DNA of 45,988 nt, taken from the NCBI GenBank assembly GCA_937929895.1, contig CALFUO010000084.1:1-45988 (forward strand). The letters are read 5' to 3'. Below are positions 36,611-45,988 of the stretch, piece by piece; within the stretch, counting starts at the first letter, position 1; each line of letters begins with the position of its first letter. This DNA comes from an uncultured Aquimarina sp. (GTDB lineage: Bacteria > Bacteroidota > Bacteroidia > Flavobacteriales > Flavobacteriaceae). Position numbers and translations under genes: made by a program. A model generated the notes under the pieces. It saw only the letters and a program-made list of their open reading frames with translations. It made no database searches and was not told the DNA's origin.

Positions 36611-37324
36611 ATGACTGAAAAGAAAAAACAAGACAACGGATTAAATAACTTATTGGCGAACATAGTAATCCCTGCAATTATTTTAATGAAGGGAGCCAAA
36701 CTATCTGAACGTTACGATTTAGGTTTAAATTCTGTACATATACTAATTATAGCCCTATCGCTTCCTTTTGTCTATGGACTTTATGATCTTATTATAAAAA
36801 AAGAAAAGAACTTTATTTCTGTACTAGGCTTCGTAAGTATACTTCTTTCGGGGATTGTGGGGGTACTGAAACTTTCTACGGATTTGATTGCCATAAAAGA
36901 AGCTGCAATTCCTTTTATTATCGGTTGTGTCATTTATTTTTCGAATTACACAAAGATGCCTCTAGCACCCAAGTTTTTATACCACGACGATATCTTTAAC
37001 AAACCAGAAATCAACGAACATCTAGAAGCAAATCAACAAGAAGAATTGGATCAACGTATCAAAAAAGCTTCTTTTTATTTATTCCTTTCCTTTATGCTTT
37101 CGGCTGTACTAAATTTCGTTTTGGCTAAATATTTTGTAAAGAGTCCAACAGGTACTGAAGCCTTTAATGATGAGTTAGGAAAAATGACTTTATACAGCTA
37201 CCCTATCATCGTAATTCCCTCAATGTTAATTATGTTCGGAATAATTCGTTATGTTTATATTAGTATTAAACAACTTACTGGACTAGGTAGTGAAGAGATC
37301 TTTTTATTCAATAAAAAAGACTAA
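36611..37324 (+). CDS. VC0807-family membrane protein
   Basis: Motifs NIVIP.IIL, AIKEAAIP and FNDELGKMT..SYPII; six TMs. Confidence 0.65.
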   Translation: MTEKKKQDNGLNNLLANIVIPAIILMKGAKLSERYDLGLNSVHILIIALSLPFVYGLYDLIIKKEKNFISVLGFVSILLSGIVGVLKLSTDLIAIKEAAIPFIIGCVIYFSNYTKMPLAPKFLYHDDIFNKPEINEHLEANQQEELDQRIKKASFYLFLSFMLSAVLNFVLAKYFVKSPTGTEAFNDELGKMTLYSYPIIVIPSMLIMFGIIRYVYISIKQLTGLGSEEIFLFNKKD

Positions 37325-37357
37325 TCTTTGAAACCCTAGTCTTAGAAACCTAATCTT

Positions 37358-38095
37358 ATGACTAGAAAATTAACATTACTTTTTCCCTTAATATCAATAT
37401 TAGCATTAACTAACTGTAAAAAAGAAACTAAAACTCCTGCTCTAGAGCAAGAGCATATAACTGTTGAAGAAAACCCAACTGCAGCCCCTCAACCTGTATC
37501 CACCTCTAAGCTAAAATTTACTCCCCTTGAAGAAGCTATTGGAGATTTGGATAATGACGGAATTGATGAAAAAGTTGTTGTTTTTAATACGTCGATAGTA
37601 AGCAGTAAAGGAATTGAGAGAGAAATTCAATTCTTTAAGAAGGATAATTCGAATAACTGGACACTTTGGAAAAAGACCAGAGAAGGTATCTTAGAAAGTA
37701 AAATGGAGGGAGTAGTAGGTGACCCCTTTAAAGGAATTGATATACAAAATGGCATTTTTATTGTGAATCATTCGGGTGAAAGTCACTCGAAATGGGAAAC
37801 GACCAACAAATACCGTTTCCAAAATGGAAATTTCGAATTGATTGGCTATACTCAGGAGATTAATACTCCGTGTGAGAATTCTCTCTTTATAGACTACAAT
37901 CTATCTACTGGGAATGCCGTCTTGCAAAGAGCTGATGTTACCTGTAATAATTACAAACCTGTTTCTAAAAACTTTAAAATCGACAAAAAAGTAAATCACC
38001 AAATATCTCCTCTACCCCATTTACAAGATGGAAAAAGTAGTGATATCATTACACCGCTTTTAAAAGCAGCTAAAGAACCTAATTTTTTCAGTTGA
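37358..38095 (+). CDS. Hypothetical lipoprotein
   Basis: Lipobox-like LTNC; GDLDNDGIDE Ca-binding-like loop; YRFQNGNFELIG. Confidence 0.7.
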   Translation: MTRKLTLLFPLISILALTNCKKETKTPALEQEHITVEENPTAAPQPVSTSKLKFTPLEEAIGDLDNDGIDEKVVVFNTSIVSSKGIEREIQFFKKDNSNNWTLWKKTREGILESKMEGVVGDPFKGIDIQNGIFIVNHSGESHSKWETTNKYRFQNGNFELIGYTQEINTPCENSLFIDYNLSTGNAVLQRADVTCNNYKPVSKNFKIDKKVNHQISPLPHLQDGKSSDIITPLLKAAKEPNFFS

Positions 38096-38096
38096 T

Positions 38097-38420
38097 ATGT
38101 CACAAGCGCAATTCCTTGCAGATCGACTAAAAGAAGCTTGTCTAGATGGTAAGTTTATTGCCAATACTAATATTAAAAGTCAGATTCAGAATATAACATG
38201 GTTACAAGCCAATCAAAAAATAGAATCTCTAAATACGGTTGCCTTACTCACTTATCATCTGAATTACTATCTAAGAGGTATTTTAGACTTTATAAAGACC
38301 AATAAAAGTTACGGAACATATAAGAGAAATATTATGGCAGTAATTGAACATAGTTATTACCACTTTGGACAAATTTCTCTGATTAGAAAATTGATTATTT
38401 CGAAAGAATCCAGCTTATAA
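38097..38420 (+). pseudogene. DinB/DUF1572-like protein with apparent in-frame internal deletion
   Basis: The N-terminal LNTVALLTYHLNYY and C-terminal YGTYKRN..IEHSYYHFGQI motifs are joined by only about 13 residues. Confidence 0.55.
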
Positions 38421-39027
38421 TTTTTGAATGATTAGGTTTTACCGCAGGTACTACTGAAGTGACTAGATAACCTTGTTCGTCAATTAAAAACTTTTGAAAA
38501 TTCCATTTGACAGAGGTTGATAATACGCCGTTTTTAGACTTTTGTGTTAAGAACTGATAAATAGAATGTTTGTCATCGCCTTTGACACTAACCTTTGACA
38601 TCATAGGAAAAGTTACACCATAATTTTTCTCACAAAACGCACCTATTTCTGTCTCGGAACCGGGCTCTTGAAACATAAAATTATTTGCAGGGAATCCGAT
38701 AATTTCAAATCCTTCTGACTTGTATTTATCGTAAATGCTCTGAAGAATTTTATATTGGGGTGTCAGCCCACATTTAGAAGCAGTATTTACAATCATCACC
38801 TTTTTCCCTTTGAATTTCGAAAAATCAAAATCATTCCCATACAAATCTTTAACCGTGAATTGGTGAATAGAATGCCTTTCCCCTAATTCGTTTAACTCTC
38901 GGTTAGGAAATTTAACTTTTGATGGAAAAATCGCTGATAACATACCTTCTTTTCCGTAAAAATACAGACTCGCTAGCACAACAGCTATTAAAGAAATTGT
39001 AATTCCTTTGTAAATACCACCTTTCAT
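38395..39027 (-). CDS. Glutathione peroxidase family (Cys type) with N-terminal membrane anchor
   Basis: Motifs VNTASKCGLTPQY, GFPANNF..QEPG and KWNFQKFL. Confidence 0.92.
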   Translation of the reverse strand: MKGGIYKGITISLIAVVLASLYFYGKEGMLSAIFPSKVKFPNRELNELGERHSIHQFTVKDLYGNDFDFSKFKGKKVMIVNTASKCGLTPQYKILQSIYDKYKSEGFEIIGFPANNFMFQEPGSETEIGAFCEKNYGVTFPMMSKVSVKGDDKHSIYQFLTQKSKNGVLSTSVKWNFQKFLIDEQGYLVTSVVPAVKPNHSKIISWILSK

Positions 39028-39039
39028 AAGAGCTACCTG

Positions 39040-40410
39040 TTACTTTACCAAATTCAAAAGTCCTTCTAAATCGTAAGTTTCCTGAGAACCTTTAGACATG
39101 TCTTTAACCGTATACTGATTATTTTCCACCTCTGTAGTTCCTGCTAAAACCACAAACGGGAACTGACGACGATTAGCATACGTCATTTGTTTCTTCATCT
39201 TAGCAGTATCAGGGTATAACTCCGCTGCAATTCCTACTGCCCTTAATTGCTGGATAGTTTTATAACAATATAAAGCCTCTACATCCCCGAAATTGATAAA
39301 GAACACTTTGGTCGTTTCTGTAACCGCTTCAGGGAATAAATCTAGTTCTTCTAGCACTAAATAAATACGATCTAAACCGAAAGAAACTCCTACTCCACTC
39401 ACGTCTTTTAATCCGAAAATTCCAGTAAGGTCATCGTAACGACCACCTCCACCGATAGAACCAATCTTCACCTCTGCAGGTGCTGCTACTTCGAAAATAG
39501 CTCCCGTGTAATAGTTTAATCCACGAGCAAGAGTAACATCTAAATCTAAGGTTGCTGTTTTCAAGCCTAAAGTCTCAATAGTTTCAATGATAAAAGATAA
39601 TTCCTCTACTCCTTTTAACCCTTCTTCCGAAGTAGCTAGAAGCTCTTTTAACTGTGCTAATTTTTCGCTAAAACTTCCAGAAAAAGAAAATAAAGGTTGA
39701 ATTTTCTCGATAGCTCCTTCGGTGATTCCTTTAGAAATCATTTCTTTCTTTACACCATCTTCACCGATCTTATCTAATTTATCTAGAGCAACCGTAAAAT
39801 CAATTAGTTTGTCTTTTGCCCCGATTACCTCTGCAATACCCGAAAGAATTTTTCGGTTATTCATTTTAATCGTAACGCCTTCTACTTTTAAATCCGTAAA
39901 TACATTATCGTATAACTGAACGAATTCTACTTCTTGCCATAAAGATTTACTACCAACAACATCGGCATCACATTGGTAAAACTCGCGATAACGTCCTTTT
40001 TGAGGGCGATCTGCACGCCAAACAGGTTGTATCTGATATCTTTTGAAAGGAAATTCTATATCGTTTTGGTGTTGTACTACGTAACGTGCAAATGGCACGG
40101 TTAAGTCGTAACGCAATGCTTTCTCTGAAATCTGACCAGTTAGTTTCTGACTATTCTTATCGACCAAGTCTTGCTCGTTAGCTTTCTTCAAATAGTCTCC
40201 ACTATTTAAAATTTTAAAAATCAAACGGTCTCCTTCTTCTCCATATTTCCCCATTAAGGTGCTACTATTTTCAAAACTTGGAGTTTCTATAGGACGAAAA
40301 CCAAAATTCTTGAAATGCTTTTGTACCGTATCTTTTATGTAGTTACGTTTTGCTACTTCAATCGGAGAAAAATCTCGAGTTCCTTTTGGTAAAGAAGGTT
40401 TCTGTGCCAT
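39040..40410 (-). CDS. hisS: Histidine--tRNA ligase
   Basis: Motifs [43 protein letters not shown] and GGGRYD. Confidence 0.97.
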   Translation of the reverse strand: MAQKPSLPKGTRDFSPIEVAKRNYIKDTVQKHFKNFGFRPIETPSFENSSTLMGKYGEEGDRLIFKILNSGDYLKKANEQDLVDKNSQKLTGQISEKALRYDLTVPFARYVVQHQNDIEFPFKRYQIQPVWRADRPQKGRYREFYQCDADVVGSKSLWQEVEFVQLYDNVFTDLKVEGVTIKMNNRKILSGIAEVIGAKDKLIDFTVALDKLDKIGEDGVKKEMISKGITEGAIEKIQPLFSFSGSFSEKLAQLKELLATSEEGLKGVEELSFIIETIETLGLKTATLDLDVTLARGLNYYTGAIFEVAAPAEVKIGSIGGGGRYDDLTGIFGLKDVSGVGVSFGLDRIYLVLEELDLFPEAVTETTKVFFINFGDVEALYCYKTIQQLRAVGIAAELYPDTAKMKKQMTYANRRQFPFVVLAGTTEVENNQYTVKDMSKGSQETYDLEGLLNLVK

Positions 40411-40430
40411 TGATCTTAAAATTAAGAGTG

Positions 40431-40438
40431 CAAATATA
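40431..40438 (-). promoter_or_regulatory. -7 promoter element (TATATTTG) for hisS
   Basis: CAAATATA on the + strand, 21 nt upstream of the start. Confidence 0.6.
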
Positions 40439-40442
40439 AGTA

Positions 40443-40597
40443 ATAGCTTGCAGCTATTAGCTATGGGCTATTAGCTACGAGCCATCTGCTTTTTCCTTTT
40501 TTAATCTAACTACCAAAATCTTCAATTGACATCAAAGATGTTTTCAATATTTTAGCAATAAAATGCTCGCAGCTGATAGCTCGAGACTCAAAGCTAT
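40443..40597. repeat. 7-nt-periodic AGCT inverted repeat (element D)
   Basis: AGCT/GGCT/AGCC at 40445, 40452, 40459, 40466, 40473 and 40480. AGCT/GACT at 40571, 40578, 40585 and 40592. CTATTAGCTACGAGC pairs with GCTCGCAGCTGATAG. Confidence 0.7.
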
Positions 40598-40600
40598 AAC

Positions 40601-41704
40601 ATGACTTACATCGAAATAGAATCTCAAGACGAACTTAAACAACTCATTGATAAAACAAAGACACTCTCAAAATTTGCTTTTCAAAATTTAGATTTTACTA
40701 TTTTAGACACAAATGATCTAACTTTTGATGATTGTATTTTTTTGGGTTGTGAAGTTCCCCCAGACTTACTTTGCTCACTATATCACAACAATTACTTATT
40801 CCCAAAAATGGGAATGCCTTACAATTGCTATGTGAATCGTCTTTACACTACAGAAGATTTATATAAAGACTATAAACTGGGTTCTCCAAAATCTTATGAA
40901 GACTGTTTGGACTTTAAAGTTTATGACCACTTTATAAAAACAGGAAAAGAGGCTTGGGATATTAAAGAAACCTTAGGAAGACGTTTACACGATCATTCAA
41001 TCACAGATGCCTTATACGATTTTCTAGATCAATACAGTGATGATAAGAAGATAGCTATTATGGGGGGGCATGGACTCTCTCGTGCAGATCAAGGGTTTAC
41101 TGAAGTAGCTGTATTAAGTAAAAAACTTACCGAAAAGGGGTATTTAATGCTTTCTGGTGGTGGTCCTGGAGCTATGGAAGCTACGCATGTCGGGGCCTGG
41201 TTTGCTGGTAAACCAGCATCTGAACTGTTAGATGCTATTTCTATTTTAGCCGAAGCTCCAAAATACAACGACAAGCTTTGGTTAGACAAAAGTTTCGAAG
41301 TCTTTGCCAAATATCCAACAACAGATTTTGAAAGTGTTGGTATTCCGACTTGGTTATATGGTCACGAACCACCGACACCTTTTGCTACTCACATTGCGAA
41401 ATACTTTGCCAATAGTGTACGCGAAGACGGTTTGTTAGCAGTAGCTAAAGGCGGGATTGTATTTACTCCTGGTAGTGCAGGAACGATTCAAGAAATTTTC
41501 CAAGATGCTACACAAAACCACTACTTAAGTTTTGAAGTTTCTAGCCCTATGATCTTTTTAAATAAAGATTACTGGACAAAAGAAAGACCTATTTACCCTT
41601 TAATGGATAAATTGAACAATCAAGAAAAATACAGTAACCTTCAATTGTCAATTACCGATGATACTGAAGAAGTAATTACTACGCTTGAAGCATTTTCCAT
41701 TTAA
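40601..41704 (+). CDS. LOG/SLOG-superfamily nucleotide-binding protein with long N-terminal extension
   Basis: Motifs AIMGGH, SGGGPGAMEA, TWLYGHEP, KYFANSVRED and PGSAGTIQEIF. Confidence 0.78.
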   Translation: MTYIEIESQDELKQLIDKTKTLSKFAFQNLDFTILDTNDLTFDDCIFLGCEVPPDLLCSLYHNNYLFPKMGMPYNCYVNRLYTTEDLYKDYKLGSPKSYEDCLDFKVYDHFIKTGKEAWDIKETLGRRLHDHSITDALYDFLDQYSDDKKIAIMGGHGLSRADQGFTEVAVLSKKLTEKGYLMLSGGGPGAMEATHVGAWFAGKPASELLDAISILAEAPKYNDKLWLDKSFEVFAKYPTTDFESVGIPTWLYGHEPPTPFATHIAKYFANSVREDGLLAVAKGGIVFTPGSAGTIQEIFQDATQNHYLSFEVSSPMIFLNKDYWTKERPIYPLMDKLNNQEKYSNLQLSITDDTEEVITTLEAFSI

Positions 41705-41848
41705 CCTTCGAATAACAAACTCTTACCCCTACTGGATATTATTTATTATACAGGTAAAAGAACTCAACTAATTCAATCGAACACTAATGACAAAATGGTG
41801 TTACCAAATATGAGTGAATACCATTACAAAAGAAAACGCTTTTAATGA

Positions 41849-43105
41849 TTACGTTTTCTGCGGCTTCTTTTTTGCTGCAGGAAACAAAAGATTATTTAGT
41901 ATCAAACGATATCCTGGAGAATTCGGGTGCAGTTCTAATTCTGTTTTAGGGTCACCTACGCGGTGTTGATAATCCTCTGGATCGTGACCACCATAAAATG
42001 TAAAAAAACCTTTCCCTTTTATTCCGTGTATATATCGAGCCTCATTATTAATTTTATTTTGACCTAAAATCAACACATTAGACTTTACCATTTCGTGATC
42101 AAATGCAGTTGTTTGCCCCATAAAACCTTTCACTAAACTTGTATGGTTTTGACATAACATAGTAGGAATCGGATCCCATTTTGCCGAATAGTCTTTCAAT
42201 GTAAAGTAATCCAATTCCTTCGGAACATTTTTTCTTTTACTTGTCATATCAATATCCGAAAACTCATAGCGTAATGTTTTTTCTAGAATATAATTTTTAA
42301 AAGCAAACGTTCTTCTATAATTGATTTTACTCTGAAACCCAGGCTCTGTTGGATCTCCATCAAACATTGCCTGACAAATATCTACATCTTCTGCACTAAG
42401 TGCTATATCGAAACTATCCGTAGCACTACACATAGCAAACATAAAACCGCCACCAATAACGTAATCTCTTATCTTTTTAGCCACAGCTAATTTAGATTGC
42501 GAAACCTTATTGAAACCCAGCTCTTTTGCTAAATTTTCTTGCCTTTTCTTTTCAGCGATATACCAAGCTGAAGACCCATAATTTTTATAAAACTTTCCAT
42601 ATTGCCCCGTAAAGTCTTCGTGATGCAGATGCAACCAATCATACACTATCAATTCGTCATCTAACACCTGCTTGTCATAAATAGTTTCATACGGAATTTC
42701 TGCAAAAGCCAATACCATAGTCACCGCATCATCCCAAGGTTGTTTTCCTGAGGGAGAATACACTGCAATTTTAGGAGCTTTTTCTAACACTATAGCCTCC
42801 ATATTCTGTGATGGACTGCTAATATCTTTTAACATTGAATTAGTTTCTGCATCAGAAAGAATTTCATACGACACTCCACGAACTTTACATTCTTTTTCAA
42901 TATCTAAATCAAAGGGTAATAAAAAAGAACCACCTCGATAATTTAACAACCATTTTGCTTTCATTTGTTTCTGAATCACCCAATAAGTAATACCATAAGC
43001 TTTTAAATGATTATGCTGACTATCTTCATCCATTGGTAATAAGATGTAATTAGCCTTTAGCGTAGAGGTTATTAGAAATATAAATATTATAAAATTTTTC
43101 AACAT
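41849..43105 (-). CDS. Conserved Bacteroidetes exported protein (often auto-annotated asparagine synthetase B); class I glutamine amidotransferase-like motifs
   Basis: Motifs HLKAYG, WLHLHHEDFTGQ, GGFMFAMCSAT and YGGHDPEDY. Start moved to MLKNFII, with a TACTTTTG element at 43141-43148. Confidence 0.7.
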   Translation of the reverse strand: MLKNFIIFIFLITSTLKANYILLPMDEDSQHNHLKAYGITYWVIQKQMKAKWLLNYRGGSFLLPFDLDIEKECKVRGVSYEILSDAETNSMLKDISSPSQNMEAIVLEKAPKIAVYSPSGKQPWDDAVTMVLAFAEIPYETIYDKQVLDDELIVYDWLHLHHEDFTGQYGKFYKNYGSSAWYIAEKKRQENLAKELGFNKVSQSKLAVAKKIRDYVIGGGFMFAMCSATDSFDIALSAEDVDICQAMFDGDPTEPGFQSKINYRRTFAFKNYILEKTLRYEFSDIDMTSKRKNVPKELDYFTLKDYSAKWDPIPTMLCQNHTSLVKGFMGQTTAFDHEMVKSNVLILGQNKINNEARYIHGIKGKGFFTFYGGHDPEDYQHRVGDPKTELELHPNSPGYRLILNNLLFPAAKKKPQKT

Positions 43106-43166
43106 AAATTCTTTATCTCTTCTTATAAAGTGAAGGTAACCAAAAGTATGGGATTTATAAAACAAC

Positions 43167-43197
43167 AAAAGAAGCTACCAGATAGGCAACTTCTTTT
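43167..43197 (-). terminator. Probable terminator after dnaB
   Basis: Imperfect hairpin AAAAGAAG...CTTCTTTT. Confidence 0.45.
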
Positions 43198-43222
43198 CTT
43201 ATGCTAGTTAATTCTTTCCTTT

Positions 43223-44773
43223 CTAAAAAGGAACGTCATCAGCTGGACTTGGTGGTAAACTATCATTAAAGCTACTACCAAAAGCCTGACCAGGATCTGC
43301 CGTTGGTGTCGACGGATCACTTTCAAAAGGATTATCGTTCATTTTAGATTGAAACTCTTGCGGCACGTTGAATTCATCTAAGTTATCGAACTTACCGAGT
43401 TCTCCAACGAATTTTAAACGAATATTTTCTAACCCACCATTACGGTGTTTTGCAACAATGAATTCTCCTTGCCCCTTTGTTGGAGCCGCTTCATCGTCAT
43501 CCCATTCTTCAATCTTATAATATTCTGGTCGGTAAATAAACGATACAATATCTGCATCTTGTTCAATCGCCCCAGATTCACGAAGATCGGAAAGTAAAGG
43601 ACGTTTTGATCCCCCACGACTTTCTACAGCACGTGATAACTGAGATAACGCTATTACGGGTACATCTAATTCTTTTGCTAGAGCTTTTAGATTACGAGAA
43701 ATTAAAGAGATTTCTTGTTCGCGGTTTCCATTTTTCCCTGCCCCACCAGCTGTCATTAATTGCAAATAATCGATCATAATCATTCGAATTCCGTGCTGAG
43801 AAGAAAGACGGCGTGCTTTTGCTCTTAAATCAAATATAGAAAGTGATGGCGTATCATCAATAAACAATGGTGCCTTCTCTAGATCTTTTACCTTAACATT
43901 TAACTGCTCCCACTCGTGCTTTTCTAACTTACCGGTACGTAACTTTTCTGAAGAAAGCCCTGTTTCCGACGAAATCAAACGCGTAATTAACTGTACAGAT
44001 GCCATCTCTAAAGAGAAAAATGCAACAGGAATATTTTGCCCTACTGCTATATTTCGAGCCATAGAAAGTGTCAAAGCTGTTTTACCCATACCTGGACGAG
44101 CTGCAATGATAATTAAATCGGTAGGCTGCCATCCAGAGGTCAAATCGTCTAGTCTTGTAAAACCAGAAGGTATACCACTCATCCCTTCTTGGTTGGCTAT
44201 TTCTTCGATCTTCTTTTTAGCCTGAGTAACTAAACTTTGTGCTGTTTCGGAAGACCTCTTGATATTACCTTGCGTTACTTCGTACAGCTTTGCCTCGGCA
44301 TTATCTAATAAATTAAATACATCGGTACCTTCATCATATGCCTCTTCTATAATTTCATTAGAAAGTTTAATTAAACTTCTCTGAATATATTTTTGAAGAA
44401 TAATACGCGCATGAAATTCAATATGTGCCGAAGAAGCTACTTTCTGGGTTAATTGAATTAAATAAAATTCACCTCCAATTTGCTCTAATCTTTTTTGTGT
44501 TTTCAAACAGTTCGCAACTGTTAATAAGTCAATTGCACTAGAATCTTCAAATAACTGAACGATTGCTTCAAAAATATACTGATGCGCTGTTTTGTAAAAA
44601 ACATCTGGGCTTAAAATATCAATTACCTCATCGATACCCTTCTTATCTATCATCATCGCACCCAAAACAACCTCTTCTAAATCAACTGCTTGAGGCGGTA
44701 TTTTTCCTTTTTGCAAGGTAACTACGTTACCTTTTACAGGGTTTACATTTTCAATCGAGCGAGTACTTTCCAT
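43223..44773 (-). CDS. dnaB: Replicative DNA helicase
   Basis: Motifs AARPGMGKT, FFSLEM, IDYLQL, LSQLSR and DLRESGAIEQDAD; no intein visible. Confidence 0.97.
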   Translation of the reverse strand: MESTRSIENVNPVKGNVVTLQKGKIPPQAVDLEEVVLGAMMIDKKGIDEVIDILSPDVFYKTAHQYIFEAIVQLFEDSSAIDLLTVANCLKTQKRLEQIGGEFYLIQLTQKVASSAHIEFHARIILQKYIQRSLIKLSNEIIEEAYDEGTDVFNLLDNAEAKLYEVTQGNIKRSSETAQSLVTQAKKKIEEIANQEGMSGIPSGFTRLDDLTSGWQPTDLIIIAARPGMGKTALTLSMARNIAVGQNIPVAFFSLEMASVQLITRLISSETGLSSEKLRTGKLEKHEWEQLNVKVKDLEKAPLFIDDTPSLSIFDLRAKARRLSSQHGIRMIMIDYLQLMTAGGAGKNGNREQEISLISRNLKALAKELDVPVIALSQLSRAVESRGGSKRPLLSDLRESGAIEQDADIVSFIYRPEYYKIEEWDDDEAAPTKGQGEFIVAKHRNGGLENIRLKFVGELGKFDNLDEFNVPQEFQSKMNDNPFESDPSTPTADPGQAFGSSFNDSLPPSPADDVPF

Positions 44774-44884
44774 ACGGCGAATGTAAAAAAATTGTTAATT
44801 GACCAGTCCTTTTTAAGTTACGATTATTTCCACGTAAGGCTGTCAATAAGCTTGTTAAAAACTTATTTTTTTTGTTGATAACGA

Positions 44885-44917
44885 AAAAATCCAAAGCCCA
44901 GTCGGCTTTGGATTTTT
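44885..44917 (-). terminator. Intrinsic terminator after accA
   Basis: AAAAATCCAAAGCC-CAGTC-GGCTTTGGATTTTT, a 14-bp stem. Confidence 0.8.
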
Positions 44918-44942
44918 CACTGATTCTATTTTAGCCTAAAAT

Positions 44943-45896
44943 TTACTCTTGATAAACTCCCATATTGGAATATTTATCAATTCTTCTAGAGATCAATTGG
45001 CTTTCTGTAACATTTTTTAAATTGTGGTATTCTTCAACAATTTTATTTTTTATGATTTCGAAAGTGGCCTCTGGGTCTCTATGAGCACCTCCTAAAGGTT
45101 CTTTGATAATTTCGTCTATTAAGCTTTGTTCCATCATATCAGTTGCCGTAAGCTTTAATGCTGATGCCGCTTGTTCCTTATATTCCCAGCTTCTCCATAA
45201 GATTGAAGAACATGATTCTGGAGAAATCACTGAGTACCACGTATTTTCTAACATCAGTACTTTATCTCCTACTCCTATTCCTAATGCTCCTCCACTAGCT
45301 CCTTCTCCAATAATAAATACTAAAACAGGGACTGTTAATTGAGCCATCTCGAAAATATTACGAGCAATTGCCTCTCCTTGACCTCTCTCTTCTGCTTCTA
45401 AACCTGGATAAGCACCTGGTGTATCTACAAAACATACTACAGGGACATCAAACTTCTCTGCGCTTTTCATTAAGCGTAAGGCTTTACGATACCCTTCTGG
45501 GTTAGCCATTCCGAAATTTCGGTACTGACGCGTTTTAGTATTGTTCCCTTTTTGATGACCAATAAACATATATGTCTGATCTCCAATCTTTCCGAAACCT
45601 CCGACGATAGCCTTATCGTCTTTTACATTTCGATCACCATGAAGCTCGATAAAAGTATCTCCACAGATTGCTCTAATATAATCTAAAGTATATGGTCTAT
45701 TTGGATGTCTAGACAACTGTACTCTTTGCCAAGGCGAAAGGTTTTTGTATATATCTCCTTTTATCTTCTCTAACTTTTCTGTAATGTTTTTGCATGTATC
45801 TGACACATCCACATCACTTTCTTCTCCAATAGCACAAGCTTTTGAAAATTGTTCTTCTAACTCTTTTATCGGAAGTTCAAAATCTAAATATTCCAT
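44943..45896 (-). CDS. accA: Acetyl-CoA carboxylase carboxyltransferase subunit alpha
   Basis: Motifs [25 protein letters not shown] and GEGASGGAL. Likely start MEYLDFE, with a TATATTTG element at 45934-45941. Confidence 0.96.
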   Translation of the reverse strand: MEYLDFELPIKELEEQFSKACAIGEESDVDVSDTCKNITEKLEKIKGDIYKNLSPWQRVQLSRHPNRPYTLDYIRAICGDTFIELHGDRNVKDDKAIVGGFGKIGDQTYMFIGHQKGNNTKTRQYRNFGMANPEGYRKALRLMKSAEKFDVPVVCFVDTPGAYPGLEAEERGQGEAIARNIFEMAQLTVPVLVFIIGEGASGGALGIGVGDKVLMLENTWYSVISPESCSSILWRSWEYKEQAASALKLTATDMMEQSLIDEIIKEPLGGAHRDPEATFEIIKNKIVEEYHNLKNVTESQLISRRIDKYSNMGVYQE

Positions 45897-45988
45897 AGAA
45901 TGTTGCATCTTAGGTTTAGTTTGTTGCAGAGCACAAATATAGAAAACTTATATCCATGCCACACACTCATCTGCTTTTTTAGTTATTA

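Noticed and set aside
38395-39027. Selenoprotein glutathione peroxidase
   Set aside because: The active-site codon is Cys (TGT), not TGA.

Overview
An AT-rich, mostly core-chromosomal window from a Bacteroidetes bacterium, very probably a member of the Flavobacteriaceae. The assignment rests on TAnnTTTG promoters, a T9SS cargo protein, porX, a fused lpxC-fabZ and sucD without sucC. Housekeeping genes include ald, aroB, sucD, efp, lpxA, lpxC-fabZ, two lpxD-family genes, porX, hisS, dnaB and accA. Four accessory blocks interrupt this backbone. (1) A 1228-aa T9SS-secreted GLUG + 12x Asp-box beta-propeller protein, with a heptamer microsatellite at its start codon and twin palindromes upstream. 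(2) A TonB-dependent receptor followed by an orphan histidine kinase with a periplasmic YfiR-like domain. (3) A Crp/Fnr, DUF2892, rhodanese and desaturase module with a CRP-type box. (4) A GT-C-like membrane protein plus GT2 cassette beside the lipid A genes. The window also shows gene damage: the ABC transporter at the left edge appears cut by a possible IS end, a GNAT gene is frameshifted, a DinB-like gene is internally deleted, and the HD phosphohydrolase next to porX has an in-frame TAA inside a cluster of apparent G-to-A changes. Four intergenic 7-nt-periodic inverted-repeat elements recur, two of them nearly identical 25 kb apart. No rRNA, tRNA, CRISPR array or intact transposase was seen. 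All family assignments come from motif recognition by eye, not from database searches.
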